Source: Oculina patagonica
Lineage: Eukaryota
Direction of reading: 5' to 3'
Assembly: GCF_052425735.1 (NCBI RefSeq)
Contig: NC_135758.1
Span: 32,364,001 to 32,428,000, forward strand
DNA length: 64,000 nucleotides
Numbering within the stretch: position 1 is the first letter of the stretch; each line of letters opens with the position of its first letter. Both the position numbers and the translations under genes were made by a program. The notes below the pieces were generated by a model that searched no databases, was not told the origin of the DNA, and saw nothing but the letters and a program-made list of their open reading frames with translations. Below are positions 10,019 through 23,700 of the stretch, in pieces.

Positions 10019-13000
10019 TCACAGACTCGTATTGGGTAAATCATCATCAAGCATGTCTGGATCAGCAGCTTCCTCCTCTGTATCTGACGTGTGTGTGTTA
10101 CAAGGACGAATCAGGTAACTAGACAAAACATTAAAAACTATTAATGCAGTTATAATAATTTAGAGTGATTTTCGATTGAGTGTCACTCTGGCCAATCACA
10201 AAGGACACAGACAATCAAATGAACCAATCAAAAGTCAAAGTAAATATAGGTAGACGGCGCGAAGCGCGGGAAAACGTGTGTGAGCGAGTCACGATTTTGG
10301 TTTTACTTTTGATTGGATGAAAAAGTGGCGCAAGTTTCTTAAACCAAACATCAAGCGTTGTAAAGCTTTGACATTCAAGTGAAAACTACTCTATAGAAAT
10401 CAGATAAGCAGTTTAGAGTACCATGGTTAAAAACAACAATGTTAATAAATTCCGTAGGACCAGCAGACAGGACATAATCTCAAGGAAGTTGAACACAGTT
10501 TTAGTTTTTAATAAATTTAAATCTGTACAGTAAGTTTGACATGTTCTCACTGCGTATTTCCCATTCTCACACACCACTGGTAGCCATGCCAGGCCGACCG
10601 CCACCTGACCTTTATTTTAAACTCAACAAAACCATACATGTACATCCTGTATCACAGGGAAAAATTGCACAATGGCAAAGCTAACAAAAAATACTGCACA
10701 AACTAAAAGGTCAGCAATGGCGGACGCAACAAAAACAACTGCTCGCCAAAAGTCACATGACCCTTTCCCAGGTCCCAGCGGTGTGTGAGAAAAACATTTT
10801 CCACTTATTTCGTTTCACTCAGCCAGTGGAAAATAACACTTATTAAAAACTCTCTCTTTTGAAGCATAAGGGGCGAAAAGAAGCTTGAAATTAATATCAA
10901 GTTAATCATTCTATTTTCAAGTACGATAATCATATGTTTTCTCCTATTAAACGCACGGTAGTCGGTAAGTAAAACTATTAATACACTAAGCATGAGATTC
11001 AAATGGTTTAACTGAACAGAAGTGGATTTCTGGTGTGTCTTACATGACGTCCCCTTCTTGAATCTGGAACTCAGGATTAGGGTTAACTACCACATAGGAA
11101 TTGCCTGATCTGTGGCTCATGTCAGCTGCAAAAATAAAATATCACAATCCTTAATACAACGAGAGAGCATTCAGCTAATAAATTAATCTATCAATAGTAG
11201 ACAGCTTCAGATTTAAGGAAAAGCTTTCAACGAAATACTGAAAAAGTGGATCCTCTGAATAGATCCAATAAAGCTTTATATTGTAAAATGATGTGATTGA
11301 TTTTCAAGTTAAAGTGGGTTACCATTGCCATTTCGCGATTGTAAAGCTGTGAGCCGCTACAACAAGTTAGCAAAAACTCGCAGTAAAACGAGGCAAATGG
11401 CATCAGGTGTGGCCAGCTGATGGTCTCAAAAATCCACAGGTAGGGTGAATGGGCCTTTTGCAGTCGGGGGGGGGGGGGAACAAGTGCCAGTTGATGGCGA
11501 CATCACTTCTCCGAGAAGTGACTGAGTCCGCAGTTTTCGCACGTGGAGTTGCTAAGCAACATGACGTATTTGTACGCGCGATTGCTCTCGGGGTACTCGT
11601 AAGCGCTTGCACATGTTTTTAATTGGATAAAATAATTCGGAAAAGCTTTGAGTGCTTCAACGAAGATTTGCCAAAACTGGCACTTATTCCTCCGACTGTT
11701 TGCAGCTAACGATCACATCTGACATGGTACAAATTAACACCTTGCTGGATGGAGCTTGCACTCCAGCATGACGGATTTTGTACCATGTTAATGTAAGCTG
11801 CAAAGGGCCCATTCTGAATCGACTCATTAACCAAGGCAGCACGGTTAAAAATAACAGATACTAAATAAGGAACAAGTAATCATGCATTTGAAAACTGTTA
11901 TTTAAATGAATAACATAGATTCCTACTTCCACTTCAAGCAATATCTTTCTCTCAGAATTTGAAACAATTCCCACTAATGTCTAGCAAATATATAGCTGTA
12001 CACAGCGCATCATAGTACCAAGGATTCCTCTCCTTAATTTCAGTTAAACTTACGACTTCCAACTAGATTCAATGTTTTCATCCTGTGCTCTATGATGTCT
12101 GAGATGTCCCGAATTTCTTTCTTTCTTCTCCTTGGAAAAGCATCTGTAAAGTCCTCCTAGAAAGGATTCAAAAACGAATATCATGATTTTGTTGATTTAC
12201 TCGCCGGGTGAAAAGAACTATTAAAGTAAAGTAAAAAGGTGCCTTTGTGCTTTGGTTTTTGGAGATAACCGATTTGATAAAAAAAAAACATCAGTCAAAG
12301 TTTAGGTGTACGGTAAACACCCGCATATATACTATCACTAGTATAAGTAAGCACATCATAGTACTTAAATATGAGTTACTGCACTGCTTTCTTATACTGG
12401 CATCCTATTGTTTTAACATAAGAACATGTTTTTTTATCAGGCTGAATTGGTTCTTATATATATGGTGCTTTAATGGCCAATTTTCAGCCTAATGTTCTTA
12501 ATCCACTTGTTCTTTATAGGCGGGTGTTTACTGTATTGAACATCACAACAATTGCCTTCTCACCTCTGCCACATGTGATCGATAAAGACCAATAGGAATC
12601 GCACAATTGGTCGAGCAGAGTCGTTGGAAAAGTCTTCCGTAAGTGTCAATCCAAATGTGATCTTCAGTTATTTTCAACTAATAAATAAGAAAATTCATGC
12701 CATTACAAAAATATCCAGCAACGCCGTCCTGTTTAAAGTGCAAAGGCGATGCTTAGCATTCTTGCATACTGCTTAAATCTTTTATTATTTCAGTCAGAGT
12801 TATTTCGAACTTGGAGGAACAGAGATTTTTCTTACCATTGTGACCATATAAAAACAATGTTATCAATAGGCCAATTCCGATATATTAATATTCTAACTTG
12901 GCTCCGAGGCTTGGGGGAATAAAAGAAAAGAAATGATTTATTCATTCCTGAACCTCGACGTGATATCTTTTGTTTTATTCCCCCCGGAGGCCTCGGAGCC

Positions 13001-16000
13001 AAGTTTTTTAATATATCGGAAATGGTCTATTGCTTGCTTAAGTGGAGGTTGGGTGCCTGGGACATGCAGGAGCTTCAACTTTGGCTAGTCAGCTCCTGGA
13101 TATAGAACTATCAGTCCACATGGCTGTAAATTCAACCACCCCACCCATGAACCTGTCCAAGGGAAACAGACATCCGTCACTAACAAGACGGTGTAATTAC
13201 GACGGCAGCAGGGAGAGACGCTGAGGCCTTAAATATGTAGGAAACCTAAACAAACATCATCCACTACTTAAACAACAACACACTCGATACTTGAAAACAA
13301 ACAAATATGGCACACAAAACACAAGTCAAGTACCACTGATCGTATCGATCGTAAACTGCTGCCTGATCTCTAGTACTCTCCGTGTTGTTAGCTGTATTAC
13401 ATTGCATTCACCTGCATTTAACAATGCGAATTTGAACTCTTTATAATGCATGATGTAAAACAATAGAGATATGCTGTTTCCTTACTGCGGAGAGATATCC
13501 TGATCCGGGAGACTGTTCACAGCCTAACAGCAGTCTAACCAGGTATATCATGTACTCCTTCACAAATGCCTACAACAAGAAGAGCAGCATTAAGCGCAAC
13601 AACTTGATGGAAAATGGCGCTTCCACAAGCGTTCTCCATGCACTCCTATAAGTCCTCTTGGCACATAGGGTAAGACTACACTCCTTTAAATTGATTCTCA
13701 AACAAAGCACATCTTTGAAATTGATGTTGATGATTTGAAAGGTCATCGACTGTAATACACGGATCCAGAGTTTCAGACTTCCGGTCCAAATTCAAAGAAA
13801 AAGTGAGCACTCATTAAGTCAGACCATTGTTAAACATTGCAAAACACAATAGCCTGACTTAATGAGTGCTCACTTTCTTTTGAATTTAGACCGGAACTCT
13901 GAAACACTGGATCCGTGTATGCTGATCGGAATTTCTCAAACTCATTAATAATTCATTAACGATAATAATTCATTCATAATAATTCATTAAAGAAAATCAG
14001 AATCGTGTTTCGTTCACTCCGTAGTTTTTCTTTCGATAGATATATCGAGACAGTGTTTCATCGGCTATCCAAAAACCTTGAATTTCATCAAAACTGAATA
14101 CTCCGCTGCGCGTCGTATTTTTATCTCTCTGAAACACTGTCTCTCGTGTTTGATATATTACATCAAAGACGTTTTTTTATTCCTTTCTGCAGTGATTTAG
14201 GGAAGTGCGTGTATTTACCTGATAGAGCAGAGTATCCAGCATGCTCATACTGAACACGTGACCAGCAGCAAAGGGTTCACGGAACATGTAGTTGAGGTGG
14301 TCCTTGTTCTGCTGCTTGATTCGCCTCTACATTGAAATGTGAGTTGATTTAATTTTAAAGAGAAAACAATCTAACAATCAATCACTTCTTGGAGTTAAGT
14401 AGTTACAGGGACCTTAGCAGAACTCTTTGTAATACATAATGGGTAACAGAAAAGAAAAGAACGTGATAAACGTGTAGCATCAAACGGTTTTAAAATTAGC
14501 AGCCTTTTTAATTTCATTAAGCTCTTTCCTTGTCTACCACCGTTTTTGATTGACAAAGTCAGTTGCAGGTGGGAGGGTCCTGCCAAGAGCTTATTAGCAC
14601 AGGCAACACAAAAAACAGATTACTGTCGGTACCTTGACACTCTCTCTGAAGCTTCGTGTTTTAAAGCTGGCCAATGATTCACTTTGTAGTCCAGGTGGAA
14701 GAGACATATCAGCATTGAACTTCATGAAGCGCATGTTTGAGGCGTGTGTCAGCTCAACAATCAAAGTTGCTCTTGGAAAGCATCTGCCAACCAAAAAAAA
14801 ACAAATGCTGAAGACACATTTTCAAACGTGAAAAAGGCCATATGTACGATTTTTGTTTTGTTACTGGAATATAACCGTGCAGTTTTTCCCCGATTATTAC
14901 CAGATTGTAGTACAAACGTAGCGAGGGGGCATGGTTAGTGTGTTGTGAGTCTTAACCAGAAGAGCTAAAAAACAAGCATGCTCAACAAAACTACAACATA
15001 CCGATACCTAAGGGCAGTATTTTAACTTGACGTGTGACAAGGAAGGAACAAGTTCGCATGTTAGAGGCGTGTGTCAGCTTAATAACCAAAGGTGCTCTTG
15101 GAAAGCACCTGCCAACCAAACAACAAATTGTACAACACCTTGGTTACACATTTTAAAACGTGAAGAAGGCGGCCCTGTGTACGATTTTTGTTCTTTACGG
15201 AAATATTGAGCAGTTTATCTCCTAATTTAATTAGGGGATAAATTGCACAATATTTCAGTATTGCCAGATTGTAGTACATAGGTAGGGAGGATCCAGAGGC
15301 AAGGTTAGTGGGTTGTGGATCTTACTCAGAAGAGCTATACTGCCAAACACGCTCAACAAAACTAGAACATAACAAGTGATACTAAAGGGCAGTATTTTGA
15401 CTTGACATGTGGCGAGGAAGGAACAAGTTTCATTGTGAGTGTTTACACCATAGAGCCTTAGTTTTAGTTCTGTGACCTCTAAGCAAAATTGCAGTCAATA
15501 TTAGAACTTCAAAAGTAAAGTTGCTGATCTGCACTAATATGATCAGTAACCTAGTCAACTAGTGATCAAACAAGGGGCAATCACTCTTTGCCAAAGACAC
15601 GGTTTAGTGCACCGTATGAGCTATGCTGAGCTGAACTGTACGTTTTACCTGTAGATACTCTGTACATCCACTATGGTGCTGGCGTCTGCCATGTGTTCTT
15701 CATCATACATCTGACCATGAGACCGATAACCTACAACCACTATGCTGTCAGCGTGAAGACAACCAGCTTTGAGGAGGTCATCCAGACTGAAAAACATTTA
15801 TTACTGTTGATCAGAAATTAACTTTATTCAGACATTAAAGTAATGGTGATCGCAATAGTAAACAGATGGGTAACTAGTGAAAAGGCATGTAGGAAGTAAA
15901 AAGTAAAAGTGAACTAGTAGAGCGGTTTTCACTTGAGTGTCGAAAGTTAATTGCGTTTGCTTTGGTTTTGCATTGCTACGCTTAGTGATTGGCTTAAAAA

Positions 16001-19000
16001 TCTCGCGCCACTTTCTTAGCCAATCAGAACTAAAACCAAAACCAATCGTGACTCGCTCGCGCACGTTTTCCCGCGCTTCGTGCCGGCTACATGTATTTGC
16101 TTCGAGTTTTGATTGGTTCACTGGTTTGTCTGTGTCCTTTGTGATTGGCCAGAGTAATTACTTTGGTTTTGGTTTTACGACACTCAATTGAAAACTGCTC
16201 TATACCTAAACGGTATAAATACTTGGTATAAATACTGCCAAAGGGGAAGAACGATGTGGAAGTACGTGCTTGCAGTAACTTTATGAACTGTACTACTTTT
16301 TCTGTTTGAGAAGGTAAAGTAATGTGAATTTGAACTGAGACGTGGTAGCAGTTAAAGCTATAATCTTGTGGAGCAGTGTATTCCCGATCGAATTGGAATT
16401 TGGAAGTGTTGGTTTTTGTGGAGGGAGGGAAACCGGAGAAAAACCCTCGGAGCAAACACAAGAACCAACAACAAAATAAAGGAATGTCTGAAGAAACTGA
16501 TGTTTCATAAATCCGTTATCTCCTACTTTGAATAAACATAGCCTGCAGCAAAGAGGTGTTCCTTACCTGTTTATCGTTCCTATCATGTAATACAGCATGG
16601 GAAAGTGGCAAACTGCCATCAAGAAATCCTCACTGGGTCTGCAAAAAACCATATAAGTAAGCTTATCGTTCAACTGCAGGTAAGGTGTATGATCTGTTAT
16701 ACATCCACTTAGTGCTAAAGAAGCAATGACACGATCTTCATTGTGAATCCACTAATTTAAGCAACTGGGAAAAGAAGCCTGAAAAAAAAAAATTCACAGC
16801 CGAGCTTCCACTTGTACTATTACAAAAAAGACTAGGCAGATACTTAAACCTTTCATTACACTGAATAACAAACAGGGCCCGGTTGTTCAAAGCAAGATTA
16901 AGCTAATCCAGGATTAGCGTGAAATTTGATTTCAATTTTATAACATTTCATGAAGGTTTTCTGTTAATATTTTCTGCCCCCCAGTTTTGACGTGGATCAA
17001 TCTCAAGCTTCACAAAACATTAGAAAACCCTTATCACAAGAGAACTGAATTAAAACCTCGATCAACTTTTACTCCTGGGTTAGCGTTAATCGCCTTTGGA
17101 ACAACCCGGTCCAGAAGATTAACCCTTTTAGCCCCAATATCCACATACAAATTGCCCTGACTGATCTCCGTACATTTTCTTATAGCACTGTTGGGAGAAT
17201 TTATTAAACGCTCAAAGCAATTTCTCTTAGGTGACAATGTTATTCATTCTCATAACCTGTTCTCTTGATTTAGTATTCATGTTCTGAGGATAAATTTGAT
17301 GTTGGTCACTCTTGGGTCTTAAGGGTTAAATTTCTTCAAAGATTTCTACTGTACACTACGAACATAAAGCACAGGTACACGTGGAACCGGTACAAAAAGC
17401 GTTGCATCCTAACAGCCTAACCTTGAACAATGGGTTTTCTTCAGGGTTAGTGGATAGACTTTACAGGGACGACTCATTGTAGATCTTACTATCAAATATG
17501 TTTGGAATTGTGGATTCTATTCAGCCCTGGTGATGATACCAATGAATTCCAACACTAATAGCTCTCTCTAAACGCCCAAATGACTGTTACTTACTCTTCT
17601 TTGAGAAGAAGCACAATGGGTTTAAGGGTGCACTTAGGCCGCTGGTAAGCTCTCAAAGGAAGAATGAAGTTGTACAATCCAGCTTCGGCAACAGGGGATG
17701 CCACGATGATAGCTCCATGCTGCCTCTGGTGTAATCTAGCACTGTCATTTAAATCTCTGTCTACACAAGCCTATCAAAGAAGTCAAACATTTCATGAGTC
17801 ACAGGTTACCATTCGCCCAGTCCAACACAAAAAAGATGGGAGAAGGTACAGGGAGCGCACTCTCCCATACCTTCTGTCTAAAGATAGCTAAGAAGGCAAA
17901 TGTTTAAAGAGCAAGAAGAAGGCAATGTTCAAGCTAGTGCTGAGAATGTGTACGTCCAGCAGAACAGCACCCAGTGTCCAAAGCATAGTCTTTGTTTTTA
18001 GCGTTAGCCACTGAACTCACCTCATTCCTAAGTCCTAAACAACAAGATTTTTTTGGAGTCTTCAGAAGATGACATCTTATAGGAGTACGACCAATATACA
18101 AAGCGCAAGGTGGGACTCCAGTCACATAACTGTTAAAATGACAAAAAAAACACAATTCTGTATTATTCAGGAAACTCTACAAACAAACTTTAAAACAACG
18201 AAAACAAAACGGCAACAATGTAAGGTTAAAGACCTATTTGCTATCCTAACAACTGCAGGAGCCGGATGGCTCACCAAACCAAGTGCTCTGAAGCAGTGGT
18301 TTCTTAGGCTGCTTGCAGTCTCTTTTTTTCCTTGTATGGGAGGAGAAAACATGAATGCGATCGAGGCAAAAAGGGAGCGGCGAGCAGCAAAGATGCGAGC
18401 CTTGAGAAGCATAGGCGCCCTTACTTCCCCCCTTGTTTCCCGCCTTGCCTTTACATATCTTTCACGTTTCCTGTCGCGGGTAGAATTTCAGTAAACTGAT
18501 GCTCGCAGTCTAGTGGTTTCTGTAGTATTGCTACTCTTGGTCTTTAGCATAAGTCAACTTGGCTGCACCTTGTTGACTGTTTCCTCTTAAAAGCTAATAA
18601 AACAAAGGCAACTGATCTAAAAATTCTTGTTTAATATTATAGTTTATATATTATAATTCATACCAAGGTATTCTACTTGTGTCATCAAGCAAATCTAGTT
18701 CCTGTTCAGAAGCTTCTTCTTCCTCCGTATCTGATTCATTAGGTACATACACAGAGTTTGATGAGCGTCTGCTGGAATCGCCTATATCAAAATTAACTTC
18801 CTTAGTTCCCCTTGACACTTTCTTCTCAGGAGATCCCTGACCATGCCCTGGTTTGAGTGTCGAGGAAGGCATGCCTTGATCACTGGAGCTACCATGTCCA
18901 ACACCATTTGTGGGAACCTCATCAAAGTACTTAAGGCCAACTAAATTGGTAACGTAAGATGTGGGTTAATAGGACATAGGTTATGAAATCAAATGGTTCT

Positions 19001-20714
19001 CAATTAGAAACAATATGCATTCAAAACATACTGAAGTGGCATGGTTGCCACTTATAATAGTTATTAGAACCCCCCAAAATTCCTGACTTTTCCCTGACTT
19101 TTTACTGACCTCAAAACAATTTCCTATGACCTTGAATTAGGTGAATTAACTAATAAGCCCAACCGTTTTTCACATTTGCTTCAGCTTCTTTTCCAGACTA
19201 TCGATAGTCTTCTCTTCATTTTCAATTTCTTTACGTTTTTCACAGGATTTTGAACGCATAGTATTTAACTTCACCAACAAATCCATTTTGTTTTCTTGTT
19301 TCAGCCAAAAATGCTTTCACTGACTTTGACAAGAACAAAGTTTTTTACTGACTTTTTGCAAAAATTCCTGACTTTTCCCTGACATTGAAATTTTTTTTGT
19401 TTATTCCTGACTTTCCCCTGACTGTGGCAACCCTTTAAACAAAACTATTAACAAAACATGCATTTATAAACTACAAGGTACAATCAAGGGTATAATCAAG
19501 TATCCTGGTCACTGCCATTTTGGTAGTAAGAACAAAAAGAGAAAGATCTGCTGAAGGGCTGACAATAGTGACATCCTTTTTCTTAACACTTTCACCTAAA
19601 TTTGACCATTTTTCTTAGAAATTTTCAAAACTTCTCTTGATTTTGGGTACGTTTTTACCCTTTTCCTCACAAAAAATAACCTGCCTAATTAAGATTGTAC
19701 AATCAATACCGTTTTCCTATTAAATTCCCTGTTTTTCCAGGCCTGGAAAATGAAATTAAAAAATTCCATGACTTTCCAAGTTTTCCATGGCCTGCATGAA
19801 CCCTGTAAAAAGAAAATCCCACCTCCAAATTCATTTGTTTTCCCACTGTATTTAAATCCCAGGACCAGAAATTTATTATTAAGAGGTTTTTTTAATTTTG
19901 TCGTACCTGGTTCGGCTCCATCTGTTCTTAGTTCAAGAGCTACAGAGCTTGCAGTGATAAAGGAGTCATTTTTGTGGCGAAAGCTGCCTCTAAACAGGCT
20001 GACTTGCTGTTTTGGCTCTTTGTAGGCTTTGAATGCAGTGTCTTCTTCGCTTGAGATTGCAATGTAGAAGCAACGATCTTCATAATTCATTACATGTGAG
20101 GGACCAGGGTTTAACATAATGCGTGAATTTTTCCCAACTGGACGAACTGCAAATAGTGTCACTCCATACCTGAAGAACAAAAACTGTAAGTGAGATGAAC
20201 ATGAAATACAACCTTCTAGATTATTACGGGAAAAGTTTGCAAATCATTAGCACATCTGACTTGATATTTTATTGTCAAGCCCTGGGTTGAAAAGTTTGTG
20301 CATGCATGCGTGTGTGCATGTGTTCCTTCGTTCGTCCCATGAAGTTTGGGGTGATGGGCCTTATAAATTGTTCTGATGAGACCTTGCATCCAAACAATTT
20401 TAAGGTGCAATAAGACAACTATGCGACAAGTAATCAAATCTCTCTCGACACATCTGATTATTATAACAATGCTACTTAATATATGACTGTTGAGCTGTAC
20501 TATAAGAAAAGTTATAGCTCACTTCTTGTGTGCATGAAAGGCCGCATGCGTGAAGGTCTTGTAAGCATATGGTCTGAAGATCTTGCTGTCGCCCAAGCGA
20601 ATGTCGTATATTTCATTTCCTGCACACTTTCCATACATATCATGCCAGTCCTCTGATCCACCGCTCCTGAAGGACAGAGTTACACAATTAGTAATAAACC
20701 TTTGTTGAAAGTGT

Positions 20715-20747
<33 letters not shown>

Positions 20748-23700
20748 AAGGCTACTAAAATTCTAGGTTTTGGCTACCAGGTTTAGCATTCCTACTAGCC
20801 ATTTGGCTAGTGAAAAACTCGGAAAAGTCAGCTGTTCTTGATAGAAATCAATATACCTGACTAGTGAAAAATTACTTTTGGCCAGTAAAATCTGACATGT
20901 CACTAGCCAGCAAACCAGTGAGTTAAAAAGTAAGTCTCAAGGCCTGAGTGTTCACTGATATTTTTATTACCGGTATTATCGTTAAGCTGTATGAGCATGA
21001 TTGAACGTTGCATGAGTTATTTTTTTAAGAAACTGCTAAGCTTTATAGGAAGGCAAGGTAAACAGTCAACTGCAAATTTAAAAAGGGGATGTGCACTTCA
21101 TTGAAATGAACATTAAACATTGTTTTTTCCTTCTCTTGATTAGCTGTAAGTATAAATCAAGGATAGGAAAATTAGGAGAATATTCTCTAGAACAGCAGGA
21201 TTTTCTCAGATGGTAACTCACTGTTCATGAAGAGTGTGGAGAAGAAGAGTAAAATAGGTTGAGATCCCTGGACACACACAGTTACTAGCCAAGAGTGCAT
21301 GTTTGACTTCATCCTCACAGACTACATGCTCTGAAAATATAACAATAACATTAATTTTGGACACTGTACTCTAATGGTACTAGACCTTCTTAAAATGTAA
21401 CTGTTATGAGACTTATCTTCAAGAATGAAACAGTTTAAAAACTAGAAGCAGACTCAAGGCTTCAACAGAAGCATGGTGGTCTATAGCAAGCAAAATAGAC
21501 TCCAGATTGAGGGGTTTGGGTTTGAAGTCCAGGTTGTCATGTCTTGTTCTTGGGTAAGACCCTTTACATATCTCTCACAGTGCCTGGAGCTCTACCCTGG
21601 AGTATAAATGGGGACCAGGACTAGCATCCCAACCAAAGGAAGAAGCAATACTTCTGAACAGTTAATGCTACTACTATAACAGAAAACAAAGATTAAAGTC
21701 AGCCTGCTTAGCCACCTAGGATAAAAGATAGACATTTATGACACCTTTGACTGGAAATACTGCTGTAGTGTGTTTTGCTATTTCTTGGTGTCAACTGTGA
21801 CTTCAGACATAGGAGGCAGAGCCTCAAAGGAAATAACTTTGGTTTTAGCAAGACCAGAATTATCATTTTCATACCTGCAAAGCTGACATGGAACTTGTTC
21901 TCTGGCTTAAGGATCTGTACATATAAAGGTGTGGCTGGAGCAAAGTCCTGGATAGCCCATGTCCTCAAAATGGTGTGCTTGTCCTAAAAACAACATGTTT
22001 AAAAGAAAAACAACCTGATTATACATGTCTGCTGGATGCTGTCAAAAGAAAGAGTAAATGCATTAACAAAACTTATAAGTATATTTCACATACAGCAGCC
22101 TCCCTGTCATCGGCGTATCTGTCAGTGAGAATAAAGCATCCCTCAGCATCCTCAACCCTAACAAAATAAAAATGTTAGATTTAACAAGTGTATTAAGATA
22201 TAATGCACCCTGTGATTGGCTAACTTAGTCAAGGCTAGAGTTTCCCATAATGCCCCTGGGCATTATGAGGTATGTTAATACCAAACTGGATGGAAAACTA
22301 GCAGCACAACTTATTAACTCTGGCTAAGCTGGGGACTGAATTGAGAGAATATCGGATTGGTCATATCATATGGATATCATTCTTGTAGACCTCCCTTACT
22401 TGGTCCATATCAGAAAGACCTCAGGGCAATATTCTCCCAGTACAGCCATCACCTTTGATAAATAAAAAGTAAACATTAGATGCACAAGTTTCAACACTTA
22501 TTGCCAACTCATACCTAGCTCTGATAAGATCTTCATCAATAAGGGCAGATCCTTTTAAGTATGTTACCCTCTGAGACCACAGTGGTACTTGTAACAGGAT
22601 TCTCAATGTGCTGTCAAGCTCCGAAGGGCAAAGAAGAACCACATGTACATCCTGAAATTGGATGAAAGGGAAAAGTACAACATTCATTTAATGCACCTTC
22701 ACCTAAGGAATAAAACCCCAATCTCAATGATTTTGTGCTCCATGAAGATCATAACCATGTTGTTTTCCTAAGATGGCACAGAGAGAACCCATTAATAGGA
22801 CTCTGGTTAAGCCCCAAGAGGAGGGGCACAGGTGAGATGGACCTTCTCCCTCCGCACCCCTCCTCTGGGGAGTAACGATGGGAAGAGCTCTTTCTATCAG
22901 AAAGATGCTTATGAGAATCCCAGCTATTGTATGAATAGCAACTAACATGTAAGTAGTATAATGGGGTCACTGAGACTTTTGTTTCAAGTTGGTCATGACT
23001 TATTGTGTGAGCATATAGGGATGTCAGTTGTAAAGAAAAGTATCCATATATATTGATAAGAAAATGAACAAACCTGTAATCTGGCATCAGCATAGAACTC
23101 GTTTAAGAAATCAATCAGCATTGTTGGTCTCAGAATTGTTGCACATAAAACCACATGTTTCTCAGAGCCAGCTAGCATGCGATTAAAGGTCCCACCTTCC
23201 TTCTGACGAGTGACCAGTAAGAAGGCCAGCTGTTCTAACTAACAGAAAAATTGTGAATGATTAAACAAGGAAATACATAGAAAAAAGTAAATTGTTTCTA
23301 AGATTAATGTCACAGTTACTAATCTAATGTATGCACTATTTTTCTAAGTAACTTAATTTCTTACTAGTAGAGAGTAATGGTCTGCAAGTATATACAACAG
23401 GGAATTCTCATCAATTTGTGGACCGGACTTACCTCAACAGGAAGCAAAATGAGAGCACAGGCAATCATGATTATAACAAACGTCTGTGCTGGCCAGTCAT
23501 TTGGAGTATATTCACCATAACCAACTGTACTGAATGTCACCACCACAAACCAAATACACACAAAAAAGTTCCACTTTGAAGCTGGCCTTTCAAGGTGATG
23601 GATGCCACATATTCTGTTTTGAATCACAAATAATAGTTGAACAGAATTATTGCCAAAACCCAGTATGTCATGTGGATTACACATACCGTATTTATTCGGC

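Noticed and set aside
15828-16508. Cluster of overlapping ORFs of 71-124 aa
   Set aside because: They fall within a MITE and a retroposon-like fragment in a KCNT intron.
18069-18494. 141-aa plus-strand ORF
   Set aside because: Antisense to KCNT exon 18 plus an intronic repeat; no recognisable domain.
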